Below are positions 20,020-28,825 of a stretch of 64,000 nt of DNA, in pieces. Location of the stretch: the IMG/VR virus record IMGVR_UViG_3300010885_057925, positions 107,518-171,517 of that record; one strand, 5' to 3'. The first letter of the stretch is position 1. Each line of letters opens with the position of its first letter. The translations under genes were made by a program, and so were the position numbers. Below the pieces are notes generated by a model. It did not search any database and had not been told where the DNA came from. It worked only from the letters and a program-made list of their open reading frames with translations. This stretch comes from a virus.

Positions 20020-23000
20020 TTATGCCCTTACGATCGAGTGGCGGTGACTCGAAGCGTACGGGGAAGCGATTGTCATGGTGTAGACCTTGTACGAGACTGC
20101 AGTCCCACCACCATCATTCACGTTGAACGTGGAGAGCACGTAGCTCGACGTGATGTCGGCGTTCAGGGCGTCCAAATCGATTACGGAGGAGATGGTGTCT
20201 GATGCCGCCACTGTGGTAGGCAGCGCCATGGTGAAGTTGATCTGTGTATTTCCAGTATCCAGCACCGTAGTTCCACCAGCACTCACCAGTGTCTTTGTTC
20301 CAAGAGATCTGACATCTGCCGAAGTTGTCGGAGCTGTTGCCGACGGTCCGTAGAAAATTCCGTACTGGAATGTGATTGTTGTGCTACTTGACGTTGAGGT
20401 TTGGTAAGCATCGACAACTTGAATTCTGTATAACAACGACGTAGATGTGTTGAGAGCAGCATTGTTGTGGCTTGTAGAAGGAATTGAGATCGATGAAGGG
20501 TTACCAGTGACTGGCACTGCGCTTAATCCCGGAACGTCGGTCCATCCACCTGAGCCGTTGACTTGATACTGAACTGAGTAGCTCGAAATAGGAGCGTTGA
20601 TCCTGTTCCTGGTGATTGTACCAGAGATTGTTGAACCAACGTTTCCACGCTCGCGAAGAGAATTTGTCTCGTTTGTGAATCCACCACCAGTTGTGGTAGC
20701 TACGGTGAGAGACATTGTCGGAGCTGAGTACGCTTGCGGAGTGAGGTTAGCTGATCCCGTAGTAACAGCACCCGCGCTATCCGTTATGATATACTGGTAG
20801 TTGAGGACGGTCGTAAAGAATGAACCGACCGTGAACGTATGGTCGTAGTACAGCGGATTTGTTGTTGCGCTCGAAAGAGTTGTCCACGGACCAGTTGAGC
20901 CGCTTCTGAACTGAAGGTCTGCTGTCGCGACCGTGGCCCCCAGCGTGTTGATCGTGTAACTTCCAGTGACAGAAGTCGTTATCGATCCCGAGATTCCGAA
21001 CGTAGAGGTGATTGGATTGGTGGGGGTGAGATTGACCGTCGGATTGATAGGCTCTGCAATAGCAAGGAGTATGACCTCGGCCGGCGTTTTACCAGTTGCT
21101 GGAATCGTAGCTCCCGTGGCGTACCTTCCGAAAGTCCTGCCTCCCGTTAGAGAGACAGTGAGATCGCTTGGGAAGACGTATGAATTGACAGTAACGCGAC
21201 CATTTGCTGAGCCAGAAGTGATCGATATACTTCCGGTTTGAGCCATATCGCTTGACGAGCTAGCGATAAGGTACGGAGTCCCATCGGCTAGATTTGTAAG
21301 AGATCCGCTGAGACCACCGGTAGCTTTTATCGTGACGCCGGTCAGAGTATCAGTGTTTTTATTGTAAGTTAGCCCGCTGTCACCACCGAAAGTTGATCCG
21401 CCATCGTTGAATTGAACATAGGTGTCAGATCCACCGGGAGTGCCTCCTCCGCCAGAAGACGTAAGCTCCCACTGCCCAGAAGAGTTGTAGTTGACAGTTA
21501 CACCACTGCCCGTGATGAAGTCTAGGTTTCCGACCGTCTTTCTTAGAGACCCCGTTATGCTTTGGGCAATAAGAGATCCAGTTACCTGAACGTTCGACCC
21601 GCTCAGTCTTGTGACTGAATCACTTGATAGTGTGAGGCTCTTGCCGGAAGCTGCGCTGAGAGATGCAATGTCACCTGATCCGCTGCTAAACGCTGCGAAC
21701 GTGGCACCATGACGTTGAAAATTAATCTGAGCAGCGCCATGGTTAATGTTAACTGTCGAGCCGCTGAGCTGCGTTGATGAAGTTCCACCGAAGCTGATGT
21801 TACCAGTAGTTCCAGCAACTACAACGTCAGTAGATCCGTTATAAGCGACGTCAAGAAACTCAGTAGTGTTTCTCTTGAAAGTTGTGGTTCCGTTGTTGGA
21901 CCCTATTGTTACTTTGGAGCCAGAAACGATGAGAGGCCACGCAGCTCCGGACGGAAGCTTTGCTCTCAATGCTGGATTCGCAGAATCTGACACATCGATA
22001 ACAACTCTTTCGACGGTGTTCGAACCGAACCACGTCTGACCATCATAAGCATCAAAATGAACGTTCGAGCCCGAAACGTAGATACCCGGGTAGAACTGCT
22101 CTATTGATCTTATCTGGGCTGAGTAACCCCCACTTTTTGAAAACTCAATGTAACTCGAGCCGTCTTCTTTGAATGTCACGGGTGCTAAAGCACTTGAATC
22201 AAGCACCACGGAGGTGCCACTCATAGTCAGCGTGGTTCCGTTAGAAGAAGTAACTACTGCCGTTGAGCCGTTAACTTGAAAAGAGGAAGCCCTGACCGGT
22301 TGGAGACCGCTGACAACGACAGAAGTCGCGCCGGCTGTCGATGTTGTCTTTGTCGCGACAAATGAACCGCTGTTGTTTGACCAAGCAAAAGCAACGTTAT
22401 TTCCAGCACCTGTGATCCCGCCGATGAAACCACGATCTCCAGCTGAACCTGCGACTGAGCCGGTCGTAAACCCAAGACCGATGAGCGGATCTTCAATTGT
22501 GATATTCGAAACGTCAACTGTGACAGCTGTTCCCAGAACTTCAAAATCACCGGGAATAACAACTTTGCCCGTGCTTGAACCAAGATTTAGGGTTGTAGCT
22601 GAAGCGGCGAGGTTAAACGTTGAGGCTGTGGTGGTGATGTCTCCACCGTTGACAGCAACATCTCCTGTGAACGCAGCGTTAGATCCAGTTACATTGCCAA
22701 CAATGAACTGTGAACCAGATACTACAATATCGCCACCGAAAACTGACTTTCTCGCAGACGCTCCCGTGACCCCTGACGTTCCGCTTACAAAGAAAAACAC
22801 GTCAGCGCCGGCGCTTTGAGCTGCGTAGCTCGATCCCAACGCTCCGGCGATTGCTACTGATGCGGTCGAGTTAAGTCGAGGAGAGGGAGAAAGTTCATTC
22901 CAGTTGCTTGCTCCACCGCCGCCGCCTCCACCAGCTGAGTAAGCGGTGCCAGCAGAGTCGTAGATTGTTCCTGAAACAACGACATCACCCTTGAAAGTGA

Positions 23001-23211
23001 CGACGCCCCTTGAGAGTGAATTTTTAGAACCAGCTGTTCCTGAAATGAAAAGCCAAGTGTCGGAACCAGTCGTGAAGTGAGAGGCTGTGAATCCGCCTGA
23101 ATCATCTGTCACCGACCCCATACCGTAGATCAGGAGCGGAGAGGCAGCAGAGCTTCCAGAGTTTATGATCTGGTTAACTCTTAGCTGCCTTGTTCTAAAG
23201 TCTACCGACAT
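20020..23211 (-). CDS. Long virion fibre-like structural protein
   Basis: 1063 aa, S/G/T-rich; shares blocks with 16487..19054; PGGSDTYVQFNDG motif. Confidence 0.75.
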   Translation of the reverse strand: MSVDFRTRQLRVNQIINSGSSAASPLLIYGMGSVTDDSGGFTASHFTTGSDTWLFISGTAGSKNSLSRGVVTFKGDVVVSGTIYDSAGTAYSAGGGGGGGASNWNELSPSPRLNSTASVAIAGALGSSYAAQSAGADVFFFVSGTSGVTGASARKSVFGGDIVVSGSQFIVGNVTGSNAAFTGDVAVNGGDITTTASTFNLAASATTLNLGSSTGKVVIPGDFEVLGTAVTVDVSNITIEDPLIGLGFTTGSVAGSAGDRGFIGGITGAGNNVAFAWSNNSGSFVATKTTSTAGATSVVVSGLQPVRASSFQVNGSTAVVTSSNGTTLTMSGTSVVLDSSALAPVTFKEDGSSYIEFSKSGGYSAQIRSIEQFYPGIYVSGSNVHFDAYDGQTWFGSNTVERVVIDVSDSANPALRAKLPSGAAWPLIVSGSKVTIGSNNGTTTFKRNTTEFLDVAYNGSTDVVVAGTTGNISFGGTSSTQLSGSTVNINHGAAQINFQRHGATFAAFSSGSGDIASLSAASGKSLTLSSDSVTRLSGSNVQVTGSLIAQSITGSLRKTVGNLDFITGSGVTVNYNSSGQWELTSSGGGGTPGGSDTYVQFNDGGSTFGGDSGLTYNKNTDTLTGVTIKATGGLSGSLTNLADGTPYLIASSSSDMAQTGSISITSGSANGRVTVNSYVFPSDLTVSLTGGRTFGRYATGATIPATGKTPAEVILLAIAEPINPTVNLTPTNPITSTFGISGSITTSVTGSYTINTLGATVATADLQFRSGSTGPWTTLSSATTNPLYYDHTFTVGSFFTTVLNYQYIITDSAGAVTTGSANLTPQAYSAPTMSLTVATTTGGGFTNETNSLRERGNVGSTISGTITRNRINAPISSYSVQYQVNGSGGWTDVPGLSAVPVTGNPSSISIPSTSHNNAALNTSTSLLYRIQVVDAYQTSTSSSTTITFQYGIFYGPSATAPTTSADVRSLGTKTLVSAGGTTVLDTGNTQINFTMALPTTVAASDTISSVIDLDALNADITSSYVLSTFNVNDGGGTAVSYKVYTMTIASPYASSHRHSIVRA

Positions 23212-23537
23212 TACGCTGTGACCTCAATCGCGTGAATATGAACACTGTCAGAGTTTGGAACAGAGGCTTTTATGATAAGCTGTGAGACACTGACGGAAAC
23301 TATGAACACGTTAAAATTCGCAATTGAACCGATGGGAGTGAGTGTCACTTTCGGAGCGCTTGAGAATGTTTTCGTGAAATTGTAAGTTATCTGATCAGAA
23401 CCGCCGAATGACGCAGTCGCTGCCTCTATAGTTGCTGACAAGGTTGGCTCCGATGTCGAAGTGAACAGTAGTCTGGGTTCGCGACGCAGGAATGGGTACG
23501 TCTTTTTATATCGCTGTAGATCGATCTTTGTCGGCAC
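23211..23537 (-). CDS. Small fibre-associated beta-sandwich protein
   Basis: FTKTFSSAPKVTLT pattern; first gene of the fibre operon, with SD GGAGG. Confidence 0.5.
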   Translation of the reverse strand: MPTKIDLQRYKKTYPFLRREPRLLFTSTSEPTLSATIEAATASFGGSDQITYNFTKTFSSAPKVTLTPIGSIANFNVFIVSVSVSQLIIKASVPNSDSVHIHAIEVTA

Positions 23538-23566
23538 GAGACGCCTCCACCCCTAAGTATTAAGAG

Positions 23567-24892
23567 CTAGAGCATCTGGCCTGCAAGAGTAGCAAGCTCT
23601 GAGCGCTCTCCGCGCTCCAAGGTTACATGACAAGTCAGATCGGAAGTCTTTAACTTCTCAACAGCGATGGTGAGACCGTTAGAGTAGCTATCAATGTAGG
23701 GAGTGTCGATCTGATCGATGTCTCCAAGCAGAACAATCTTGCTATTCTTACCAGTTCTCGTGATTATGGTCTTGAGCTCATGAATAGTGGTGTTCTGTGC
23801 TTCGTCAACTATGATGAAAGCCTCGCTGAATGTTCTGCCTCTGATAAAAGCTAGCGGAGCAACGTCGATGTCTCCGCGAGTCCTCATCATCTCAAAATAA
23901 GTCGATTCACCGAAAGCCTGTCTAAAGTTGTCAACAATGGGAGAGAGCCAGGGCGCCATCTTGTCGTTGATATCTCCAGGCAAGAATCCAAGTTCCTTAC
24001 CGACTGGTTCAATCGAGCGAGTGATGATGATTCTCTTGTAATTTTTTTCACTAAATCCCTGCATAGCAGCCGCTAGAGTGAGAAAAGTCTTACCACTTCC
24101 GGCTAGACCAGACAGAGATACAAGAGGAATCTCAGGGTCAAGCAACGCATGAAGCGCAAACTTCTGCTCTTTGCTTCTAGCACTCACACTGTTACACTTG
24201 TAGTTGAGGGGCTTAAGCTTCCCGCTCTTGTGAATCGCTAGAAAAGACTTCTTGGGATCTAGGTCTGATGTCCCATACACGAATTGGTTTGGCTGAAGCT
24301 CTGGCATCCAATCAGAAACTTCAAGTTCTTTTTGAGAATAGAAAGTGTCAACGTCACGATCAGAAAACTCAATCGCTTCCTGACCCGAGAACATCTGACC
24401 GCCTTCCTTCACGCTCTTGACATGATCGCGGTAATAATCCTCCGCTACCAGTCCCAGAGCGTCGCACTTGACTCGAAGGTTGATGTCCTTCGTCACGACC
24501 TTCACTGTGGCCCCTGGGTGACCTGTCTTGAGGCCCAGAGCCACAGCGATGAGTTGGTTATCGCCCTTCTTAAAATCGAGCCCTGAGGGAAGCTGGATGC
24601 CCAACGGACTCAACTCGTTTTCTATACGAACCGTCTGTTCGTTCCCAACATCAACGCCGTTGTGCAGATTACCGGTTGACCTTAATTGATCCAAGTATCG
24701 ATTGACGTACCTAGCTGACGACCCAAGAAGATCTTGACGCTCTTTAAACCTGTCCAGCTCTTCTAGAACGACAAGAGGGAGAACAACGTCATTACCAGGA
24801 AACGAGTGAATGCTCTGCATGTCATGTAAAAGAACCGATGTGTCTATTACAAGAATCTTTCTATTTCCGCGTTTGTCTTGACGAGGCTGCAA
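23567..24892 (-). CDS. phoH: PhoH-family protein with N-terminal PIN domain
   Basis: DTSVLLHD PIN motif; GLAGSGKT, LGFLPG, RGRT, DEAQN, GDIDQID. Confidence 0.93.
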   Translation of the reverse strand: MQPRQDKRGNRKILVIDTSVLLHDMQSIHSFPGNDVVLPLVVLEELDRFKERQDLLGSSARYVNRYLDQLRSTGNLHNGVDVGNEQTVRIENELSPLGIQLPSGLDFKKGDNQLIAVALGLKTGHPGATVKVVTKDINLRVKCDALGLVAEDYYRDHVKSVKEGGQMFSGQEAIEFSDRDVDTFYSQKELEVSDWMPELQPNQFVYGTSDLDPKKSFLAIHKSGKLKPLNYKCNSVSARSKEQKFALHALLDPEIPLVSLSGLAGSGKTFLTLAAAMQGFSEKNYKRIIITRSIEPVGKELGFLPGDINDKMAPWLSPIVDNFRQAFGESTYFEMMRTRGDIDVAPLAFIRGRTFSEAFIIVDEAQNTTIHELKTIITRTGKNSKIVLLGDIDQIDTPYIDSYSNGLTIAVEKLKTSDLTCHVTLERGERSELATLAGQML

Positions 24893-24944
24893 AATGTCTC
24901 CTTTAGAGTAAAGATATCAACTAAGAGAAGAGAGTAATCTGAAT

Positions 24945-25205
24945 ATGCCGCAACAAGCAAACGAAAATGTAGCTATCAATACGACATGTTTTTCTGAGCA
25001 CGAAAAGCGAGGATTAACATGTGAAAAGAAATCCTGCCGCCTCTGGATGACGGCAGGAGAGTATTTAAATTGCGCGGCTGTAGCTGCGAACAAAAACGAT
25101 GAAGGAATGACTCTCCAACAGATCGGTGATATATTCGGCGTCACTAGGATGAGAATATGCCAATTAGAGAAATCATCTCTTCAAAAAGCTCAATCGTCAG
25201 TTTGA
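24945..25205 (+). CDS. Small sigma-70 region-4-like HTH protein
   Basis: MTLQQIGDIFGVTRMRICQLEKSSLQK; Cys-rich N-terminus. Confidence 0.75.
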   Translation: MPQQANENVAINTTCFSEHEKRGLTCEKKSCRLWMTAGEYLNCAAVAANKNDEGMTLQQIGDIFGVTRMRICQLEKSSLQKAQSSV

Positions 25206-25206
25206 G

Positions 25207-25560
25207 TTACCGAGCTTTGGTGGCTGCAGTAAGAGCGTTGACAATCTCAGTCTTTGTGCTGACAGATGTAACTGAAAGATTCATAGACTGAGCAACTGCT
25301 AGAAGCTGAGTTTTCGACCAGGACACGTCCCAATTTGGGAAATTGACCTCGACAGTTTCCTCGACCGCCTGCTCTTCCTGGGCGTCTACCTCATCAGCTT
25401 CAACGGTTGCAGGCTCAACTACAACTACCGGTGCTTCAACAACCTGAGCGTCGTTCTGATTCTGCAACTCGGAAACTGGAGCTTCTACGGCTACAGTCTC
25501 GATATCAGAGGCGTCGGAATGATGCTTACGATTAACAAGATTGTATAGGCTGGCAGGCAT
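25207..25560 (-). CDS. Acidic hypothetical protein with C-terminal HeH/Rho-N-like helix pair
   Basis: TKTQLLAVA-like segment SKTQLLAVAQSMNL...TKTEIVNAL. Confidence 0.5.
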   Translation of the reverse strand: MPASLYNLVNRKHHSDASDIETVAVEAPVSELQNQNDAQVVEAPVVVVEPATVEADEVDAQEEQAVEETVEVNFPNWDVSWSKTQLLAVAQSMNLSVTSVSTKTEIVNALTAATKAR

Positions 25561-25561
25561 A

Positions 25562-25774
25562 TTAAGCCTCGCCGTCAGACGTCTTGCGCTGCTTCTCGAT
25601 ATCGACCATCAGCTTCGTAAGAGTTGCGGACTCTTTCTTGAGAAGCCTGAGACCCCTGCGTGCTCTCACACCCGCCGAGACGTTCCCGCGCGCGTTCTTC
25701 TGAACGTCAAGCTCCGTTGACTCGACAAGAGCTTTGATCCTATTCCAGCACTCGTTAATTGCATCGTTAGACAT
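25562..25774 (-). CDS. Histone H1-like (Hc1-type) small DNA-binding protein
   Basis: GNVSAGVRARRGL motif. Confidence 0.7.
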   Translation of the reverse strand: MSNDAINECWNRIKALVESTELDVQKNARGNVSAGVRARRGLRLLKKESATLTKLMVDIEKQRKTSDGEA

Positions 25775-25785
25775 TTTCTACTCCA

Positions 25786-26025
25786 TTAACCTGTTATGAT
25801 GTTACTAGTTGGAAGTTGCGCTTCATCAAGCGCTTCTTTTGCGGCGTTAGAGATACGAACCAATGCAGCACGATCCTCTAACTCAAGTGACAAAAGACTT
25901 ATGATTTGAAGCATCTGCTTTTGTTTAACGCCAAACTTAAGTATCTCATCGACAATTTGTCTGCTCTTGAGTGACTCAGCAGCCCAAATCTCTGTTTCAG
26001 TTTGTCCGAATTTCTTAGCTTCCAT
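25786..26025 (-). CDS. Hypothetical protein
   Basis: 79 aa ORF in a tightly packed operon. Confidence 0.6.
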   Translation of the reverse strand: MEAKKFGQTETEIWAAESLKSRQIVDEILKFGVKQKQMLQIISLLSLELEDRAALVRISNAAKEALDEAQLPTSNIITG

Positions 26026-26477
26026 TAGAATGCCTCAATTTTAAACCTTTCTTCACCAAGAAAAATAAGTCTTTTTCCATGAAGATCGCCGTCATCGTCC
26101 TCTTCTCTTGTCAAGATAATCCAAGAATCCCACGCTTTACTCAGATAGATCCATTCAGCATGTTCCCAGGTCGAGATGTCGCTTTGGTAAGAGTCTAAAA
26201 CTTCTGAAAGAGATTTCGGGAGAGACAATCTGATGTCAGATATGCTAGGAAGAGTCTTTGACTCTTCCTTTGTCGTAAGCTCAGATCTGCAGACATCTAC
26301 TACTTTGTGAATGATCCCACAGTTATTGCATTGCGCAAATTTCGGCTGAACAGTGTCAGACTCTTCTTCTAAAATTGAAAACACTGCGAATTTATGAAAA
26401 ACGGGATCACGACTCTCTTTGAATTGCGGAAGTATGCAATGACATTGAATCAGATGTTTTATTCCGCTTAGTGGCAT
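26025..26477 (-). CDS. Hypothetical protein with Cys/His cluster
   Basis: CHC and CNNCG..H motifs. Confidence 0.65.
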   Translation of the reverse strand: MPLSGIKHLIQCHCILPQFKESRDPVFHKFAVFSILEEESDTVQPKFAQCNNCGIIHKVVDVCRSELTTKEESKTLPSISDIRLSLPKSLSEVLDSYQSDISTWEHAEWIYLSKAWDSWIILTREEDDDGDLHGKRLIFLGEERFKIEAF

Positions 26478-26762
26478 CTATCGTCCGAACAGACTCGTCT
26501 TCTTCACTGTCGCGTCAACTTCAATAGTTCCATGATTGCGATTAGCATTTACATGCTTGTTCGCGACAGACACGTATTGGTTAACACCGTTGTACGCCAC
26601 ACCCTCTACAGTCATCGAAGCAACCGCAATGACTCTTCTGATCTGATCATCAGTCAGCTTTAGCTCGCTTCTAAGAACTGAAGTTAACGCAACTGCAAGA
26701 TTGTCATTGATTGCGCCGACAACGTCGTTCGTAACTCTTCCCATGTCACTTTCTAAGCTCAA
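26478..26762 (-). CDS. Hypothetical protein
   Basis: ORF with strong SD AAGGAGG. Confidence 0.6.
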   Translation of the reverse strand: MSLESDMGRVTNDVVGAINDNLAVALTSVLRSELKLTDDQIRRVIAVASMTVEGVAYNGVNQYVSVANKHVNANRNHGTIEVDATVKKTSLFGR

Positions 26763-26809
26763 AATAACCTCCTTTTGAGATTTTCATTTTTACCATCAAA
26801 AAGTAAAAA

Positions 26810-27253
26810 TCAACGTGTGAATTTATCAGCTATTGTCGTAGACGCCCAGGCGTCAGGTTTGATAGTAGGCTCGTATCCCATTCCGCTGATGTATGATTTC
26901 GCTGCTTTGGCGAGTCTAGCAGATCTACTGTCAGGATCAGATGCAATGTCAGCGTGAATATTAACGTGGATATTCGGTCGTTGAGATTTGATTAGCTCTG
27001 CAGTCATAACAGATTCGTAAACTTCATGCATCAGTCTATCTTCTAAAGATTTGAAAGAAGAGCGGTTAAATTTATTCTTCTTGTAGAAGAACTTTCCCCC
27101 TCGACCCTCCCAATAAACGCAGATAGCTGTGGCCAGTTGCCACTGTCCAGCCACAAGCTGTGAATCTGTTCCAACAAAAACTTTTGATTCAACACTTATT
27201 TCGGAAATAACGTCATCTATGCTGTGATGTTTGCCGTCTGGGCTTATCCACAT
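26810..27253 (-). CDS. Ribonuclease H-like YkuK-family protein
   Basis: VGTDSQ, GGKFF, E...S, IHADI, IKPDAWAST.IAD. Confidence 0.85.
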   Translation of the reverse strand: MWISPDGKHHSIDDVISEISVESKVFVGTDSQLVAGQWQLATAICVYWEGRGGKFFYKKNKFNRSSFKSLEDRLMHEVYESVMTAELIKSQRPNIHVNIHADIASDPDSRSARLAKAAKSYISGMGYEPTIKPDAWASTTIADKFTR

Positions 27254-28476
27254 AGTTTATCCTCTGTTAAGATAGCGCCGTTTTTAGATAGCACCTGCAA
27301 GAATGAATCACTAGCTTTTTTTCCAGCCTCAATAGATGAAAACGGATACACACCGTTGTGAAAGTTGCAAACTCCACTTTTCAAAGAAGCGACGCTGTAC
27401 CTAATGCAATAGTCGATTCTGTCTCTTGACGTTCCGGCAAACGACTTGTTGTCTTTTCCTACTCTGATTGTAAGAGCGCCGGCTCCTAGAGAAGAAATTC
27501 TTTTTCTTAAGATTTCTTCCTCAGCAGAAGATGAGCTCTTTATTCTCTCAGAAAGATAAGAAACAACCTTGGACATATTGTTTTTCAAGCTTTCAAGTTC
27601 AACAAAGTTGACAAATGCTGTTGCTTTTTCAATCTTTGGACACTGCGACAAGTCTACGCTTGAAATCAGCTCTCCCTTTAAAGATGAAACAACATCTGTC
27701 CCAAATCCAGTAGCAAGATCTACCAAAGCGTTGCAGCCAACTTCGTCGTACGGTACCTCAATAGGAATAACCTGAGCTGTGTTTCTTTGAAAATTAACTG
27801 CAGATGTTGTGACAACGTCGTTAGAGAATCCACGAGCAAAAATAAGATACGGAGTCAAATTTTCATTTGAATCTTGAAAAATTTTGTGACACTCAGAAAC
27901 GCTCTCTATGATTCCGTCTATAAAAACTAGCTTGGGATAATTAACCGAGGCTTTACTCGACTTGAGAGATGAAAAAAAGTCAATTGAAGGGTGCCATGAG
28001 CACTGCTGAGAACCAAAAACAATCTCAGTTTTTGTTGAGTCAGATTTGTCAAGAACGATTTTTCCGTCTCGGCCTGCTCGCTTGAGACTCTCTATTACAA
28101 CTTTTGCCGATTTCTCGTCAGAAGCAGATGACATAGATTTTTCAAGCTCTAATAAAGAAAACCTTCTGTTTTTAATAGATTCTATGAAAGAGTTCTTGTC
28201 TTTTAAGCTTAAAAATTTAAGCATGACAAACGAACCACCCGCAGACGTAGACTCGGCGTCCACCATACACCTCAGAAGCATATTCTTAAGAGGCCCAGTA
28301 CTTAAAACTTGCGATGCAATTCTAAGGCAGTCCGACTTCGAAGCAACGTAAGAAGAGTCATTCAGGTTAACAAACAACTTACCATTCTCAAGATCGCTGA
28401 CTAGCGTCGAGATTTCAGAAAAAAGCTGCGCGGCTTCACGTCGCGCAGCTTCTGATGTTTTAAGAGTTACCTTCAC
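27244..28476 (-). CDS. Divergent GroEL/Cpn60-like protein
   Basis: Apical-domain features (LIFARGFSNDV, DLA..G, RISSL...IRVG); canonical GDGTTT motif absent. Confidence 0.7.
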   Translation of the reverse strand: MKVTLKTSEAARREAAQLFSEISTLVSDLENGKLFVNLNDSSYVASKSDCLRIASQVLSTGPLKNMLLRCMVDAESTSAGGSFVMLKFLSLKDKNSFIESIKNRRFSLLELEKSMSSASDEKSAKVVIESLKRAGRDGKIVLDKSDSTKTEIVFGSQQCSWHPSIDFFSSLKSSKASVNYPKLVFIDGIIESVSECHKIFQDSNENLTPYLIFARGFSNDVVTTSAVNFQRNTAQVIPIEVPYDEVGCNALVDLATGFGTDVVSSLKGELISSVDLSQCPKIEKATAFVNFVELESLKNNMSKVVSYLSERIKSSSSAEEEILRKRISSLGAGALTIRVGKDNKSFAGTSRDRIDYCIRYSVASLKSGVCNFHNGVYPFSSIEAGKKASDSFLQVLSKNGAILTEDKLCG

Positions 28477-28511
28477 GTTGAATTTTTGTTATTTCTAACG
28501 AGAAGATAAAC

Positions 28512-28766
28512 TCAATTCTCAACAACTTCTTTCTTAATCCAATAAAGGCTGACGCCAGAATCAACCGGAGACCCGAGCACTTTAGAATTCTCTATGAGAA
28601 CCGCCTGTAATGACTCTACTTTTCCACCGCCAAGATACGGAATAGGATCTAGCTCCGTCCCTTTAGCGACCATGTATCCAGTAGCGTCGAAGTCAGGATA
28701 TAAAAATCCTTTTGCTCCAATCACAGATGGTTTCACGAGCGTAGAAATTCTAGACTTGGATTTCAA
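28512..28766 (-). CDS. Hypothetical protein
   Basis: TTG start overlapping the TGA at 28763-28765. Confidence 0.55.
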   Translation of the reverse strand: MKSKSRISTLVKPSVIGAKGFLYPDFDATGYMVAKGTELDPIPYLGGGKVESLQAVLIENSKVLGSPVDSGVSLYWIKKEVVEN

Positions 28767-28825
28767 GAGTCTCTCCAGAGATTATTAGAGGCAAACGTGA
28801 TGATTTCCTCTGATGAATCTGGGGT

